Below, one piece after another: positions 7,216 to 15,354 of a stretch of 46,942 nt of DNA. The stretch spans positions 1 through 46,942 of the forward strand of contig CAZUJO010000001.1 of NCBI GenBank assembly GCA_964619995.1, given 5' to 3'. Position numbers and translations under genes: made by a program. The notes beneath the pieces are model-generated. The model was not told where the DNA came from. It searched no databases and was given only the letters and a program-made list of their open reading frames with translations. Position 1 is the stretch's first letter. Each line of letters starts with the position of its first letter. This DNA is from an uncultured Leptospiraceae bacterium (GTDB lineage Bacteria; Spirochaetota; Leptospiria; Leptospirales; Leptonemataceae).

Positions 7216-8423
7216 TGCCGCGGCCGGTCGTCCTTGCCGCAGGAAGCGGTCTCGGAAAGCTCACGCGCGCGCTGAAAGAGAATGATTATTCCGTAATCGA
7301 GGCTGAAGCAGCGCCGGAGGCGCTCGGTCTTCTTTCCGCGATTCAGGTCGATGCTGTGATTGCGGGAAACCTTCCGCGTGCCGCTGAGTTTGCGCGGGCG
7401 CTTCGCAGCCGCGTCGAGTGTCCGATTGCCCTGGTCGGCATTGTGGATGCGTCTGCGGATTGCGAAAAGATATCGAACTCTGACGCTGTGCCGGAGGCGC
7501 TTGCCGTTATGCGGCGACTGGTTTCGGAGGCCGCCGAGAAACGGCGCCGGGCGCATATCCAGGCGTCGCAGGACGGTCGCTCCCAGCGCAAGCTGGACTG
7601 GCTGATCTGGAAGCAGCAGATGGCCGACCGCCTGCATATGCAGTACAGCGCTGCGCTGGTGCGAAACATTCGGCATTCCATGACACAGGGGCTCGGAGCG
7701 GGAGCGCTCATCACGCAGGTGGACATTCTCCCTCTGATGCCGCGGAACGATCAGGATGAATACCTGGTTCCGGCGTCTTCGGTGGAATTTCTGGGGGAAG
7801 CGGCCGAGGCTCTTCGTCACTGGCTTGCATCGATGGAGATGTTCGTTTCGGCCATGGATCGGTCCTATCCGTGTGAAGAAATTCCGCACGAGGAACTTCC
7901 TTCGCTCGTGGAAAGAAGTCTCGCGTCCGTTGAGCGGTTTCGCGTGATCAAAGGGCAATCCGTACAGAAGGCCCTGAACATTCCATCTGCCCACATTTCA
8001 GGGAATCGCGAGGCTATTGCGATCGCGCTGCGCGAACTCCTCACAAATGCTTTCAAATATTCTCCCGATGGTTCCATCGTGGATGTGACCGCTTTTGAGG
8101 GGCGCGGCAGTCTGTCTCTGTGTGTTACGAACGACCTGCTGGAAATGCCAGGCGGAATCACTGGCATCCCTTTCGAGCAGGAGAATGAAATATTTGAGCC
8201 ATTCCGCAGGTTGCACAACATCTACGATGATCGTTTTTCGATGGAGGAATTTCCCATGGGCACCGGTCTGACCGTGGTCCGGCACGCGCTCCAACAATCG
8301 GGATGCTCTGTTTCGGTCTTCGAGGTGCGCGATCACTCGGCCCCGGGCGGGGTGCGGCGCCGCATCATGGCAGAAATTTTAGTTCCGCTTGAGACCGAGA
8401 ATCTCACGCAGCGCATCCACTGA
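7215..8423 (+). CDS. Pseudo-receiver domain fused to a histidine-kinase-like DHp/HATPase module
   Basis: ATG 7215 overlaps the cheY TGA (TGATG). The N-terminus has a REC-like fold, but the acidic pocket is replaced (VVLAAGSG instead of DD; VDAVIAGNLP instead of the phospho-Asp). A candidate H-box is NIRHSMTQGL. The ATPase region contains LRELLTNAFKYS, EIFEPFRRL and GTGLTVVRH. Confidence 0.75.
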   Translation: MPRPVVLAAGSGLGKLTRALKENDYSVIEAEAAPEALGLLSAIQVDAVIAGNLPRAAEFARALRSRVECPIALVGIVDASADCEKISNSDAVPEALAVMRRLVSEAAEKRRRAHIQASQDGRSQRKLDWLIWKQQMADRLHMQYSAALVRNIRHSMTQGLGAGALITQVDILPLMPRNDQDEYLVPASSVEFLGEAAEALRHWLASMEMFVSAMDRSYPCEEIPHEELPSLVERSLASVERFRVIKGQSVQKALNIPSAHISGNREAIAIALRELLTNAFKYSPDGSIVDVTAFEGRGSLSLCVTNDLLEMPGGITGIPFEQENEIFEPFRRLHNIYDDRFSMEEFPMGTGLTVVRHALQQSGCSVSVFEVRDHSAPGGVRRRIMAEILVPLETENLTQRIH

Positions 8424-8714
8424 CGCGCGGTCGGCCAGATTCGCAAGATCCAGGGTATGCGCATCTGCGCTCATTGCGGTTTTCTCAATCTCGCCCAGCT
8501 GCTCGGCGAGCATCGTTGCGCCGATGACCAGGCATCCGCTGCGTGTGCGATGGCATACCCTGGCGAGCTCGGCAAACTCTCCCCGTTGATTGAGCGTGCG
8601 GATCAGCGGAATGTTTTCCTCAAGGTCTGACTCGAACACGGAAAGCATAGTGGTCAGCGAGGATGGCGAATAACGTGCAACTACCCGAAGATCGAGAATG
8701 TCCGGACCTGTCAT
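8379..8714 (-). CDS. Stand-alone Hpt (histidine phosphotransfer) domain protein
   Basis: 111 aa with ELARVCHRTRSGCLVIGATMLAEQLGEIE (Hpt pattern ..H..kG....iGa..l......E). Its ATG overlaps the stop of the upstream hybrid kinase (ATGA at 8711..8714). Confidence 0.75.
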   Translation of the reverse strand: MTGPDILDLRVVARYSPSSLTTMLSVFESDLEENIPLIRTLNQRGEFAELARVCHRTRSGCLVIGATMLAEQLGEIEKTAMSADAHTLDLANLADRASVDALREILGLKRN

Positions 8715-11377
8715 TTGCGCGAATACTCCTTGATCAGCTCAAACATTTGTTCGAAATCAATGGGTTTTGTGATGTAGTCATCCATGCCCGCACTCAGACA
8801 CTTCTCTCTCTCTCCCTGCATTGCGTTTGCCGTAAGCGCAATGATGGCCGGCCTGTGTGTTTTCTGGATTTCGCGCAGGCGGCGCGTAGCCGTGTAACCA
8901 TCGATTCCGGGCATCTGGCAGTCCATAAAGATGATGTCATAGTCCTTTTCCTGCGCTGCCTCGAGCGCCTGATGACCGTCCTGCGCGAGATCGCAGGTAA
9001 GACCCCGTTCCTTGAGCATAAGAGAAATGCAGAGGCGGTTCAACTCGTTGTCATCGGCGACGAGGATTCTGCTGCCCGGAAGACTTGCGGGCAATTGAGG
9101 AACCTGGGCAGGACTCATTTCGTCATTCGCGAGAGGAAAAGAGCAGCTGAATTCAAAAATGGTTCCAGCCGGTTCATTGGGTCGGACGGTCAGAGCGCCT
9201 CCCATCATTGCGGTGAGTTCGCGAGAGATGGTCAGACCGAGTCCGGTTCCTCCATACTGGCGCGTGGTGGATGAATCCGCCTGCGCGAAAGGCTGAAAGA
9301 TCTCACCCATTCGATCCGGCGAAATCCCGATTCCCGTATCAGCGACTTCAATGCGGAGCGGCAGCTGGTCGCTATCGCGCGAGCCGGACACCCGGATCCG
9401 AATCGTCCCTTTCTTCGTGAATTTGACAGCGTTGCCGATGAGATTGTTCAGTATCTGTTTCAAACGCACCGAGTCGGCCATCACGCTGGTCGAAGCCTCA
9501 GGCCCCTGTTCGAGCTCAATTACGGTTTCATGATCCCGCGCCGTTGCGCTGAAGAGTGCCGCGCATTCCTGCACAAGTTCGCCGATCTTCACCGGCGCCG
9601 GCTCCATGCGAAGCATACCCGCCTCTATTCGCGAGAAATCGAGAACATCATCGAGAATGCGCCCCAGAGAGCTGGCCGCCGAGACCGCCAGATCGACGTA
9701 GCTTCTCTGCTCCTGACCCAGCTCCGAGCCCTGAAGCAATCTGAGAAATCCGAGAATTCCGGTCATGGGTGTGCGGATCTCATGCGACATGTTCGCGAGA
9801 AAACGGCTCTTTGCGACGGTTGCAGCCTCTGCCTGCTCGCGTGCCGCAAGGAGCTCCGCCTGAATTGCTTCGCGAGCTGTAACGTCCTTTGCCGTTCCAA
9901 CAAGGAGACGGCGGACATCACCCGCCTCGGCAAGAAAGGTGCCAAGAACCTCGATGGTCTGGATTTCACCGGTAGGAGTGTGGACCCGATATCGTTCATG
10001 CCAGGTTCGCCCTCCATTGTCGCGGAATTGTTTCAGTCTCTTCCCCAGCCCTCTGTCCTCGGCAATGAGGATGGTCTCAATGGCGGCTATCGTTGGTATG
10101 AAAGAATATGGATGCACCCCGTGCATTTCAAAGGCTCGCTCATCCCAGTGCACTTCGCCGCTGTCCAGATTGATTTCGAAAATACCCTGACGCGATATTT
10201 TCAAAGCGGCCGACAATCTCTGCTGCTCGCGTCTCAGTATGTTTTCGCGAAATACTGTCTGCGTAATGTCCTGGAGCATGCCCGAGACGGCGATCGTCTC
10301 TGCCCCGTGAAACGTAGGTTCGCCGGCCAGCTTAACCCAGATCTGCTTCTGATCTGGCCCGGTGGTTTGAAATTGGAGCTCGAACGGCTTCCGATCTCGC
10401 AGCGAAGACAGAACTGCATGCTGGATCTTCCTCCGGGTTGAAGGAGGAAGATGAGCGCGCAGAGAGGGCCAGGTGAGCCGGGTTCGCGCAGGCATTCCCA
10501 GCATATCGAGCATGGTTGTAGTGGCATGGATGAGACCTGTGGCCAGCTCAAGCTTCCATCCTCCAAGTCGCGCCATCCTTCCTGAGGTCTGAAGCAGGTT
10601 TTCTACTTCCTGCGTGCGTATTTCCGCTGTTACGCGGTTCGACACATTTTCGTGTATGACGGCAATGTGGCGTTCCTGCCTCCAGTGAAACGGAACGGCC
10701 CGCATACGGAACCATCGCAGTTCGGAGGGAGCATGACAGGGATATTCAAACTGGAAAGTCTGTGCGTTGCCAGCCAGGAGACTGGTCAACGCATCTCTCA
10801 CCTGGGCGGCGTCGCGCGATCCCGTTTTGGCGGCGCGATCACAAACCTCGAGATAGTTCATTCCTTCGCTGGTTTGCGTTTGACTTCCGCGGTTCCGTTC
10901 AGCGAAGAAACGCCATGCCGCATTGACGCTCACAATTCGGGCGCGTGAATCGAGAATGGCGACATGCGCAGGCATTGCGTCAAGAATTTGCTGTGTGAAG
11001 GCATCCTGTCTGGAATCCGGGGTGCCCGGATGCAAGTCCAGTTCTCGGACAATCGCAATCACCATATGCTCGCTTCCAGAGGCAAACGGAGTGAGGCTGA
11101 TCTCGGCCTGAAGCGAGTGTCCGTGCTTGTGATTCGCGGGCACGATGAGTCGCGGCGGATTCAACTCAAATCCACTCTCCCGCGAAAGATGATCGCGATG
11201 GCGGTCAATCAGATCGCGCGGAAAGATCAGGCTGATCGGACGGCCCAGCGCCTCCGATTCCGCGTAACCAAAAATCGCGGAAGCAGATTGATTGAAAAAA
11301 CAAATCGAAAGCGAAGAATCAAACACGATGATTCCGTCGCGAACCCGCTGCGAGATCATTTCCCAGGGGATTCTCAA
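8711..11377 (-). CDS. Hybrid sensor histidine kinase (multiple PAS/PAC, HisKA, HATPase, REC)
   Basis: H-box: [20 protein letters not shown]. ATPase motifs: [30 protein letters not shown]-terminal REC: ILVADDNELN...IIFMDCQMPGIDG...KPI. The ORF-track start is TTG 11377, which overlaps the upstream TGA. ATG 11359 is an alternative start. Confidence 0.9.
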   Translation of the reverse strand: MRIPWEMISQRVRDGIIVFDSSLSICFFNQSASAIFGYAESEALGRPISLIFPRDLIDRHRDHLSRESGFELNPPRLIVPANHKHGHSLQAEISLTPFASGSEHMVIAIVRELDLHPGTPDSRQDAFTQQILDAMPAHVAILDSRARIVSVNAAWRFFAERNRGSQTQTSEGMNYLEVCDRAAKTGSRDAAQVRDALTSLLAGNAQTFQFEYPCHAPSELRWFRMRAVPFHWRQERHIAVIHENVSNRVTAEIRTQEVENLLQTSGRMARLGGWKLELATGLIHATTTMLDMLGMPARTRLTWPSLRAHLPPSTRRKIQHAVLSSLRDRKPFELQFQTTGPDQKQIWVKLAGEPTFHGAETIAVSGMLQDITQTVFRENILRREQQRLSAALKISRQGIFEINLDSGEVHWDERAFEMHGVHPYSFIPTIAAIETILIAEDRGLGKRLKQFRDNGGRTWHERYRVHTPTGEIQTIEVLGTFLAEAGDVRRLLVGTAKDVTAREAIQAELLAAREQAEAATVAKSRFLANMSHEIRTPMTGILGFLRLLQGSELGQEQRSYVDLAVSAASSLGRILDDVLDFSRIEAGMLRMEPAPVKIGELVQECAALFSATARDHETVIELEQGPEASTSVMADSVRLKQILNNLIGNAVKFTKKGTIRIRVSGSRDSDQLPLRIEVADTGIGISPDRMGEIFQPFAQADSSTTRQYGGTGLGLTISRELTAMMGGALTVRPNEPAGTIFEFSCSFPLANDEMSPAQVPQLPASLPGSRILVADDNELNRLCISLMLKERGLTCDLAQDGHQALEAAQEKDYDIIFMDCQMPGIDGYTATRRLREIQKTHRPAIIALTANAMQGEREKCLSAGMDDYITKPIDFEQMFELIKEYSRK

Positions 11378-12417
11378 AGAGCGCGCTCCAGAATCAGACT
11401 GAAGCGTCCGCGTTTAGAATCGTGCTCACCCCTTAGATTCGCTCCGCAGACTGCGATGAGCTGGCGAACCACGGAAGCGCCTGCGGGAAGACCAGAGTTG
11501 TCTTCTTTTATGAGCGCAAGCAGATCAGGGCTGAGCCGGTCATCGTGCATGGAAGTTTCGATATCAATCACGTAGAGGTTGCCTTCGATCCTCGTCTGGA
11601 CGCGAAGCTTCGAAGTAACCGAAGCCGCGAAAACGGTTGCCGCAATTTCGCGCAGAATCTTGGACAGAATCTCTTCCTGGCACGCCACGGATGCCTGTTG
11701 CACGAAGACTTCGGCTTCGCCGCCTTCGCGCAAACTCGCCCGGATCGTTCGGACTGCCCATTCTCTTGTGACTTCGAACGGGCTGCGCGCGTTTGCGATG
11801 TTGCCTGCCTGCAGACGCTGCAACCAGAGTATGTTGTCGACGGTCCTTGCAACTGTGGCGGCCGATCTCAGAATTCCTCCGGCGAGCTGTCGTACCTGTT
11901 CCGCGGAAAGGGTCTGTGCAGCGTCGGACAGGAGCTGTGCCGGAAGGACAATGGAGTTCAGCGAGTCGTTCAGATTTTCGGAAGACTGACTTCCCGCATT
12001 GGAAACGATTCGCGCAATTCGCTCCTGCATGTCCTCCGCGATGAGGCGGGAGCGTTCAATCCTTCCCTCGATCGCGGCAATCAAGTCCTTCGCGTCAAAC
12101 GGCTTGGTTATGTAGTCATCGGCGCCCAGGTTCATGCCGAGGCGTACATCGTGCGGAGCCGTCAGAGCGGTCAGGAATACAACGGGAATGTTCCGCAACT
12201 CTTCCGATTTTCGCGCAAGCTCGAGGAATTCGTGCCCGTTCATGACCGGCATGAGAATATCGCACAGGATCAGATCCGGCGGAGATGACCGCGCGCTTTC
12301 GAGGCCTTGCGCTCCAGATTCCGCTGAGGCAACTTCGTACCCGTGCATTTCCAGAATCTCGCAAATGTTCGCGCGCAGAGCCCGTTCGTCCTCGATTACG
12401 AGAATCCTATGCTTCAT
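11374..12417 (-). CDS. Response regulator receiver fused to a degenerate (His-less) kinase-like domain
   Basis: Start taken at MKHRILVIEDE (ATG 12417..12415), 11 nt inside the upstream kinase gene. The REC is intact (DLILCDILMPVMNG, VVFLTA, YITKPF). The following DHp-like stretch SSENLNDSLNSIVLPAQLL...DNILWLQRLQAG has no His. The N and G boxes of the ATPase part are not recognisable. Confidence 0.8.
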   Translation of the reverse strand: MKHRILVIEDERALRANICEILEMHGYEVASAESGAQGLESARSSPPDLILCDILMPVMNGHEFLELARKSEELRNIPVVFLTALTAPHDVRLGMNLGADDYITKPFDAKDLIAAIEGRIERSRLIAEDMQERIARIVSNAGSQSSENLNDSLNSIVLPAQLLSDAAQTLSAEQVRQLAGGILRSAATVARTVDNILWLQRLQAGNIANARSPFEVTREWAVRTIRASLREGGEAEVFVQQASVACQEEILSKILREIAATVFAASVTSKLRVQTRIEGNLYVIDIETSMHDDRLSPDLLALIKEDNSGLPAGASVVRQLIAVCGANLRGEHDSKRGRFSLILERAL

Positions 12418-15277
12418 CTGGCCGCTCGCCGTAAGACAGCGTGACGCTGAATGTTGTGCCTGTTCCCGGTTCGCTTTGAAGCCGGACCTTGCCGTTGTGC
12501 ATCTCAACGAATTGTTCTACGATCGCAAGCCCAAGGCCGGTTCCGATTGTGGACTGCGCGTTCCGCGCGCGAAAGAAAGGGCGAAAGACTTGTGCCTGGT
12601 CTTCGCCGGGAATTCCGATGCCGTGATCCTTGATCCTCACGTCTACGCCGCTGTTGCCGTAATCAATGGATATCTCCGGTGCGCCTTCTGAATACCTGTA
12701 TGCGTTTGAGATAAGATTATTGAAAACATGCGTCATCATAGACTCGTCGAATGGAAGATCCCGCGGTTCTCCCGATACGGACAGTTTGCACGGACGGCCC
12801 GGAAAAAGTAGGTCAAACCTCTGCTCGATCAGCGAGCGAATCAGCATTTCGAGGCTCCGAAGTTTCGGAGCGAACGGGAACGTACCGGAAGTATAACGAC
12901 CCATCGTCAGAACGTCTTCTGTAAGTTCCGTGAGACGGTGAATTTCCTTCTCGATTCGCTCCAGGTGCACCGCCGTCTTTTCGGCCGCCTCTGGATTGCC
13001 TGCATGCATTTGAAGCAGCTGCACGCTGGAATGCATGGTCGCAAGGGGCGTGCGAAACTGATGCGAAACCATGGAAATGAAGTCGGAACGCATTCTGTTT
13101 AGCTCTGCCTCATGTCTGAGGTTTCGTTGCAGCTGCTCGAGGTTGTTTTTTCGATGCGTGATATCCTGCGCAATTCCAACCGATCGCCATCTGCCATCGG
13201 CCGCGCGAAAGGGAAATGTCTGCGCGAAAATCCAGCGAACCGAGCCATCGGGGCGGTGAATGCGGTATTCCTCTGAAAAAGGCACGCCTTCCGTGTAAAC
13301 GCGGCGCATTGCCCGAAAGATCCGCGTCTGGTCGGCGGGATCCATGTCTTTTGCAAAATAGGTGCGGTCCGCGTAGATGTCTTTCAGGCTGCGTCCGAAG
13401 ACCTTTTCAAAGGAGGGACTCACATACAGCATGCGGTCGGCCTGAGCCAGCCAGAGCACATGTTCCAGGTTATCGGCGAGTTGGTGGAACATGTCTTCCG
13501 ATTCACGAAGCGCGTTTTCCGCCTCCCGCCGTTCTGTAATGTCCTGCGCAATCCCCACGGAGCGCCAGGAGTGATCGACGCCGCGAAACGGGAATGTCTT
13601 TGCGTTCAGCCAGCGCAAGGTTCCGTCTGGCCGCCGAATCTGGAATTCCGCTTCATACGGTCGCCCCTCGGAGTAGACTTTGCCGAGGCTCTCGAGAACG
13701 TATGCGCGGTCTTTTTCGTGAAGAATGGATTCTGCGAATGCGATTCTGTTTGCATACACGTCCTCCACCTTGCGCTGGAAGACGTTCTCAAAAGCCGGGT
13801 TTACGTAGAGGACTCTGTCCTTGTCTGCAAGCCAGATGACATGCTCAATGTTGTCCGCCAGTTCTCTGAATCGCTGTTCCGATTCCTCAAGCGCAATGCG
13901 CGCTGTTTCTTGCTCCGTAATGTCCTGCACGGTCCCGACGCTGCGCAGGGGCGCGCCCGATTCGTCGTAATGCGTTTGCGCTTTTTCCTCCACGTACTTT
14001 ATGCGCCCGTCCTTCATGAGCAGACGATGTCGAACCTGGTAGGGGGTTTTCGCCAGCACAGAGTCCCGGTACATTCGATCGACTTTCTCCCTGTCGTCCG
14101 GATGAACCAGCGCGAGAAATGCTTCGTAAGACGGTTCAAAGTGATCGGGGTCGATTTCGAAAATTCGGTAGATCTCGCGGGACCAGAGCAACTTGCCAGC
14201 GCGGGAATCGAGCGTCCAGCTTCCGACCATTGTGATTCTTTCTGCTTCGGCCAGAAGCGCTTCGCTTTCGCGCAGCGTTTCTTCAGCCCGCAGACGGTCC
14301 GAAACGTCCTGCGTGATTCCAATTACGGCTATGAACCTTCCCTCGGAATCGCGGAGCGGCGTGAATGTGGATTCCAGTGTCTTTCCATTCTTTGACTGGA
14401 AGGCAATGGTTGAAGTTCTGCCGGATTTCGCTTCCTCAAAAGAATTCTTGAGCAGTTCCCGCTCCGCCGGAACCACCGAGTTAAGGTACGATTCGCCAAT
14501 AACGTTAGTCGCCGTTTCCTCGAGCATTTCCAGACCTGCCCGGTTGATGGTTACGACGTTTCCCTGCAGATCAATTTCATGGATGCAGTATGGCGCCTGT
14601 TCAAGCAGAAGCCTGTAGCGCGCCTGCGAGGGTTCGACCAGCTCTCGATGCAGCGTATGACGTGCCTGCTTCCACACAATCCCCGAAATGAGAATGCTGA
14701 TGATTCCCGCTGCCAGAGCCGAATACAGCGCAGGCGGCAGGAAGCGCCCGCGCAACTCTGCCATCGGGAGGTGGATGGCAAGGCCGAGGTTGGTCCCCTT
14801 TACGGGCTGAAACGCAGAAAGCACTTCGCGGCCGCGGTAGTCAATATACCGGCCGCTTCCGGTTTGTCCAAGGAGGGCCAGTTGCATGGGAGTGGGCGGA
14901 TGTCGGGCGGCGGAAAATACGGCCGTTTGATGATGACTGGAAGCGAAGACGCGGATGTTATCCCCTTCGCGGTGACCGAGAACGAACTCAAAATGATCCG
15001 ATGTTTCTCGGGGAGAAAATACTGCCGCAAGCCTCAGTTCATCTACCGGTTGGCCGGCCCGCTGCATGGTGGCGGCAAGCTCGGCAATCTCGTCGCCTTC
15101 CTGTGCGGCGTAACGCGAGAGTGCATACTCCTGCGAGTCGAGCGCCTGCTCAAACAAAATCCAGAAAACGCCAAGGACTCCGCCGCAAACCAGCAGGCAG
15201 ACCGCTCCAATTTGAAGCCAGATACTAAAGCGGCTACGGACGAGGGACACGGCACAGAGTTGGGGGAAAAACCGCAC
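12407..15277 (-). CDS. Membrane sensor histidine kinase: periplasmic sensor region, TM, four PAS/PAC modules, HisKA, HATPase
   Basis: GTG start. There are two hydrophobic segments (aa ~20-42 and ~183-202). PAS modules carry recurrent ...GIAQDIT... PAC ends. H-box: DFISMVSHQFRTPLATM. ATPase motifs: [28 protein letters not shown]. Confidence 0.9.
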   Translation of the reverse strand: MRFFPQLCAVSLVRSRFSIWLQIGAVCLLVCGGVLGVFWILFEQALDSQEYALSRYAAQEGDEIAELAATMQRAGQPVDELRLAAVFSPRETSDHFEFVLGHREGDNIRVFASSHHQTAVFSAARHPPTPMQLALLGQTGSGRYIDYRGREVLSAFQPVKGTNLGLAIHLPMAELRGRFLPPALYSALAAGIISILISGIVWKQARHTLHRELVEPSQARYRLLLEQAPYCIHEIDLQGNVVTINRAGLEMLEETATNVIGESYLNSVVPAERELLKNSFEEAKSGRTSTIAFQSKNGKTLESTFTPLRDSEGRFIAVIGITQDVSDRLRAEETLRESEALLAEAERITMVGSWTLDSRAGKLLWSREIYRIFEIDPDHFEPSYEAFLALVHPDDREKVDRMYRDSVLAKTPYQVRHRLLMKDGRIKYVEEKAQTHYDESGAPLRSVGTVQDITEQETARIALEESEQRFRELADNIEHVIWLADKDRVLYVNPAFENVFQRKVEDVYANRIAFAESILHEKDRAYVLESLGKVYSEGRPYEAEFQIRRPDGTLRWLNAKTFPFRGVDHSWRSVGIAQDITERREAENALRESEDMFHQLADNLEHVLWLAQADRMLYVSPSFEKVFGRSLKDIYADRTYFAKDMDPADQTRIFRAMRRVYTEGVPFSEEYRIHRPDGSVRWIFAQTFPFRAADGRWRSVGIAQDITHRKNNLEQLQRNLRHEAELNRMRSDFISMVSHQFRTPLATMHSSVQLLQMHAGNPEAAEKTAVHLERIEKEIHRLTELTEDVLTMGRYTSGTFPFAPKLRSLEMLIRSLIEQRFDLLFPGRPCKLSVSGEPRDLPFDESMMTHVFNNLISNAYRYSEGAPEISIDYGNSGVDVRIKDHGIGIPGEDQAQVFRPFFRARNAQSTIGTGLGLAIVEQFVEMHNGKVRLQSEPGTGTTFSVTLSYGERPDEA

Positions 15278-15315
15278 GTGCCATTAAAAAAACAAATCGC
15301 GCAGAAAAACTTTTC

Positions 15316-15331
15316 TCCGTACTACTACGGA
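15316..15331 (-). terminator. Weak hairpin downstream of prfB (TCCGTA-N4-TACGGA), with T-runs beginning 6 nt later
   Basis: The minus-strand sequence reads tccgtagtagtacgga gaaaagtttttctgcgcgatttgttttttt. The stem is only 6 bp and the U-tract is displaced. Confidence 0.25.
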
Positions 15332-15354
15332 CTTCGGGCGTTATGCGTTACGCG

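Noticed and set aside
6930-7994. 354-aa minus-strand ORF across cheY and the pseudo-receiver kinase.
   Set aside because: It is antisense to two genes with clear domain motifs. Its translation is Arg/Pro/His-rich with no recognisable motif. This is the usual stop-poor antisense frame of GC-rich coding DNA.
9530-10441. 303-aa plus-strand ORF inside the hybrid kinase gene.
   Set aside because: It is antisense to a well-supported PAS/HisKA region and has no motifs. The same reasoning applies to 8663..9274, 10964..11575 and 11545..12288.
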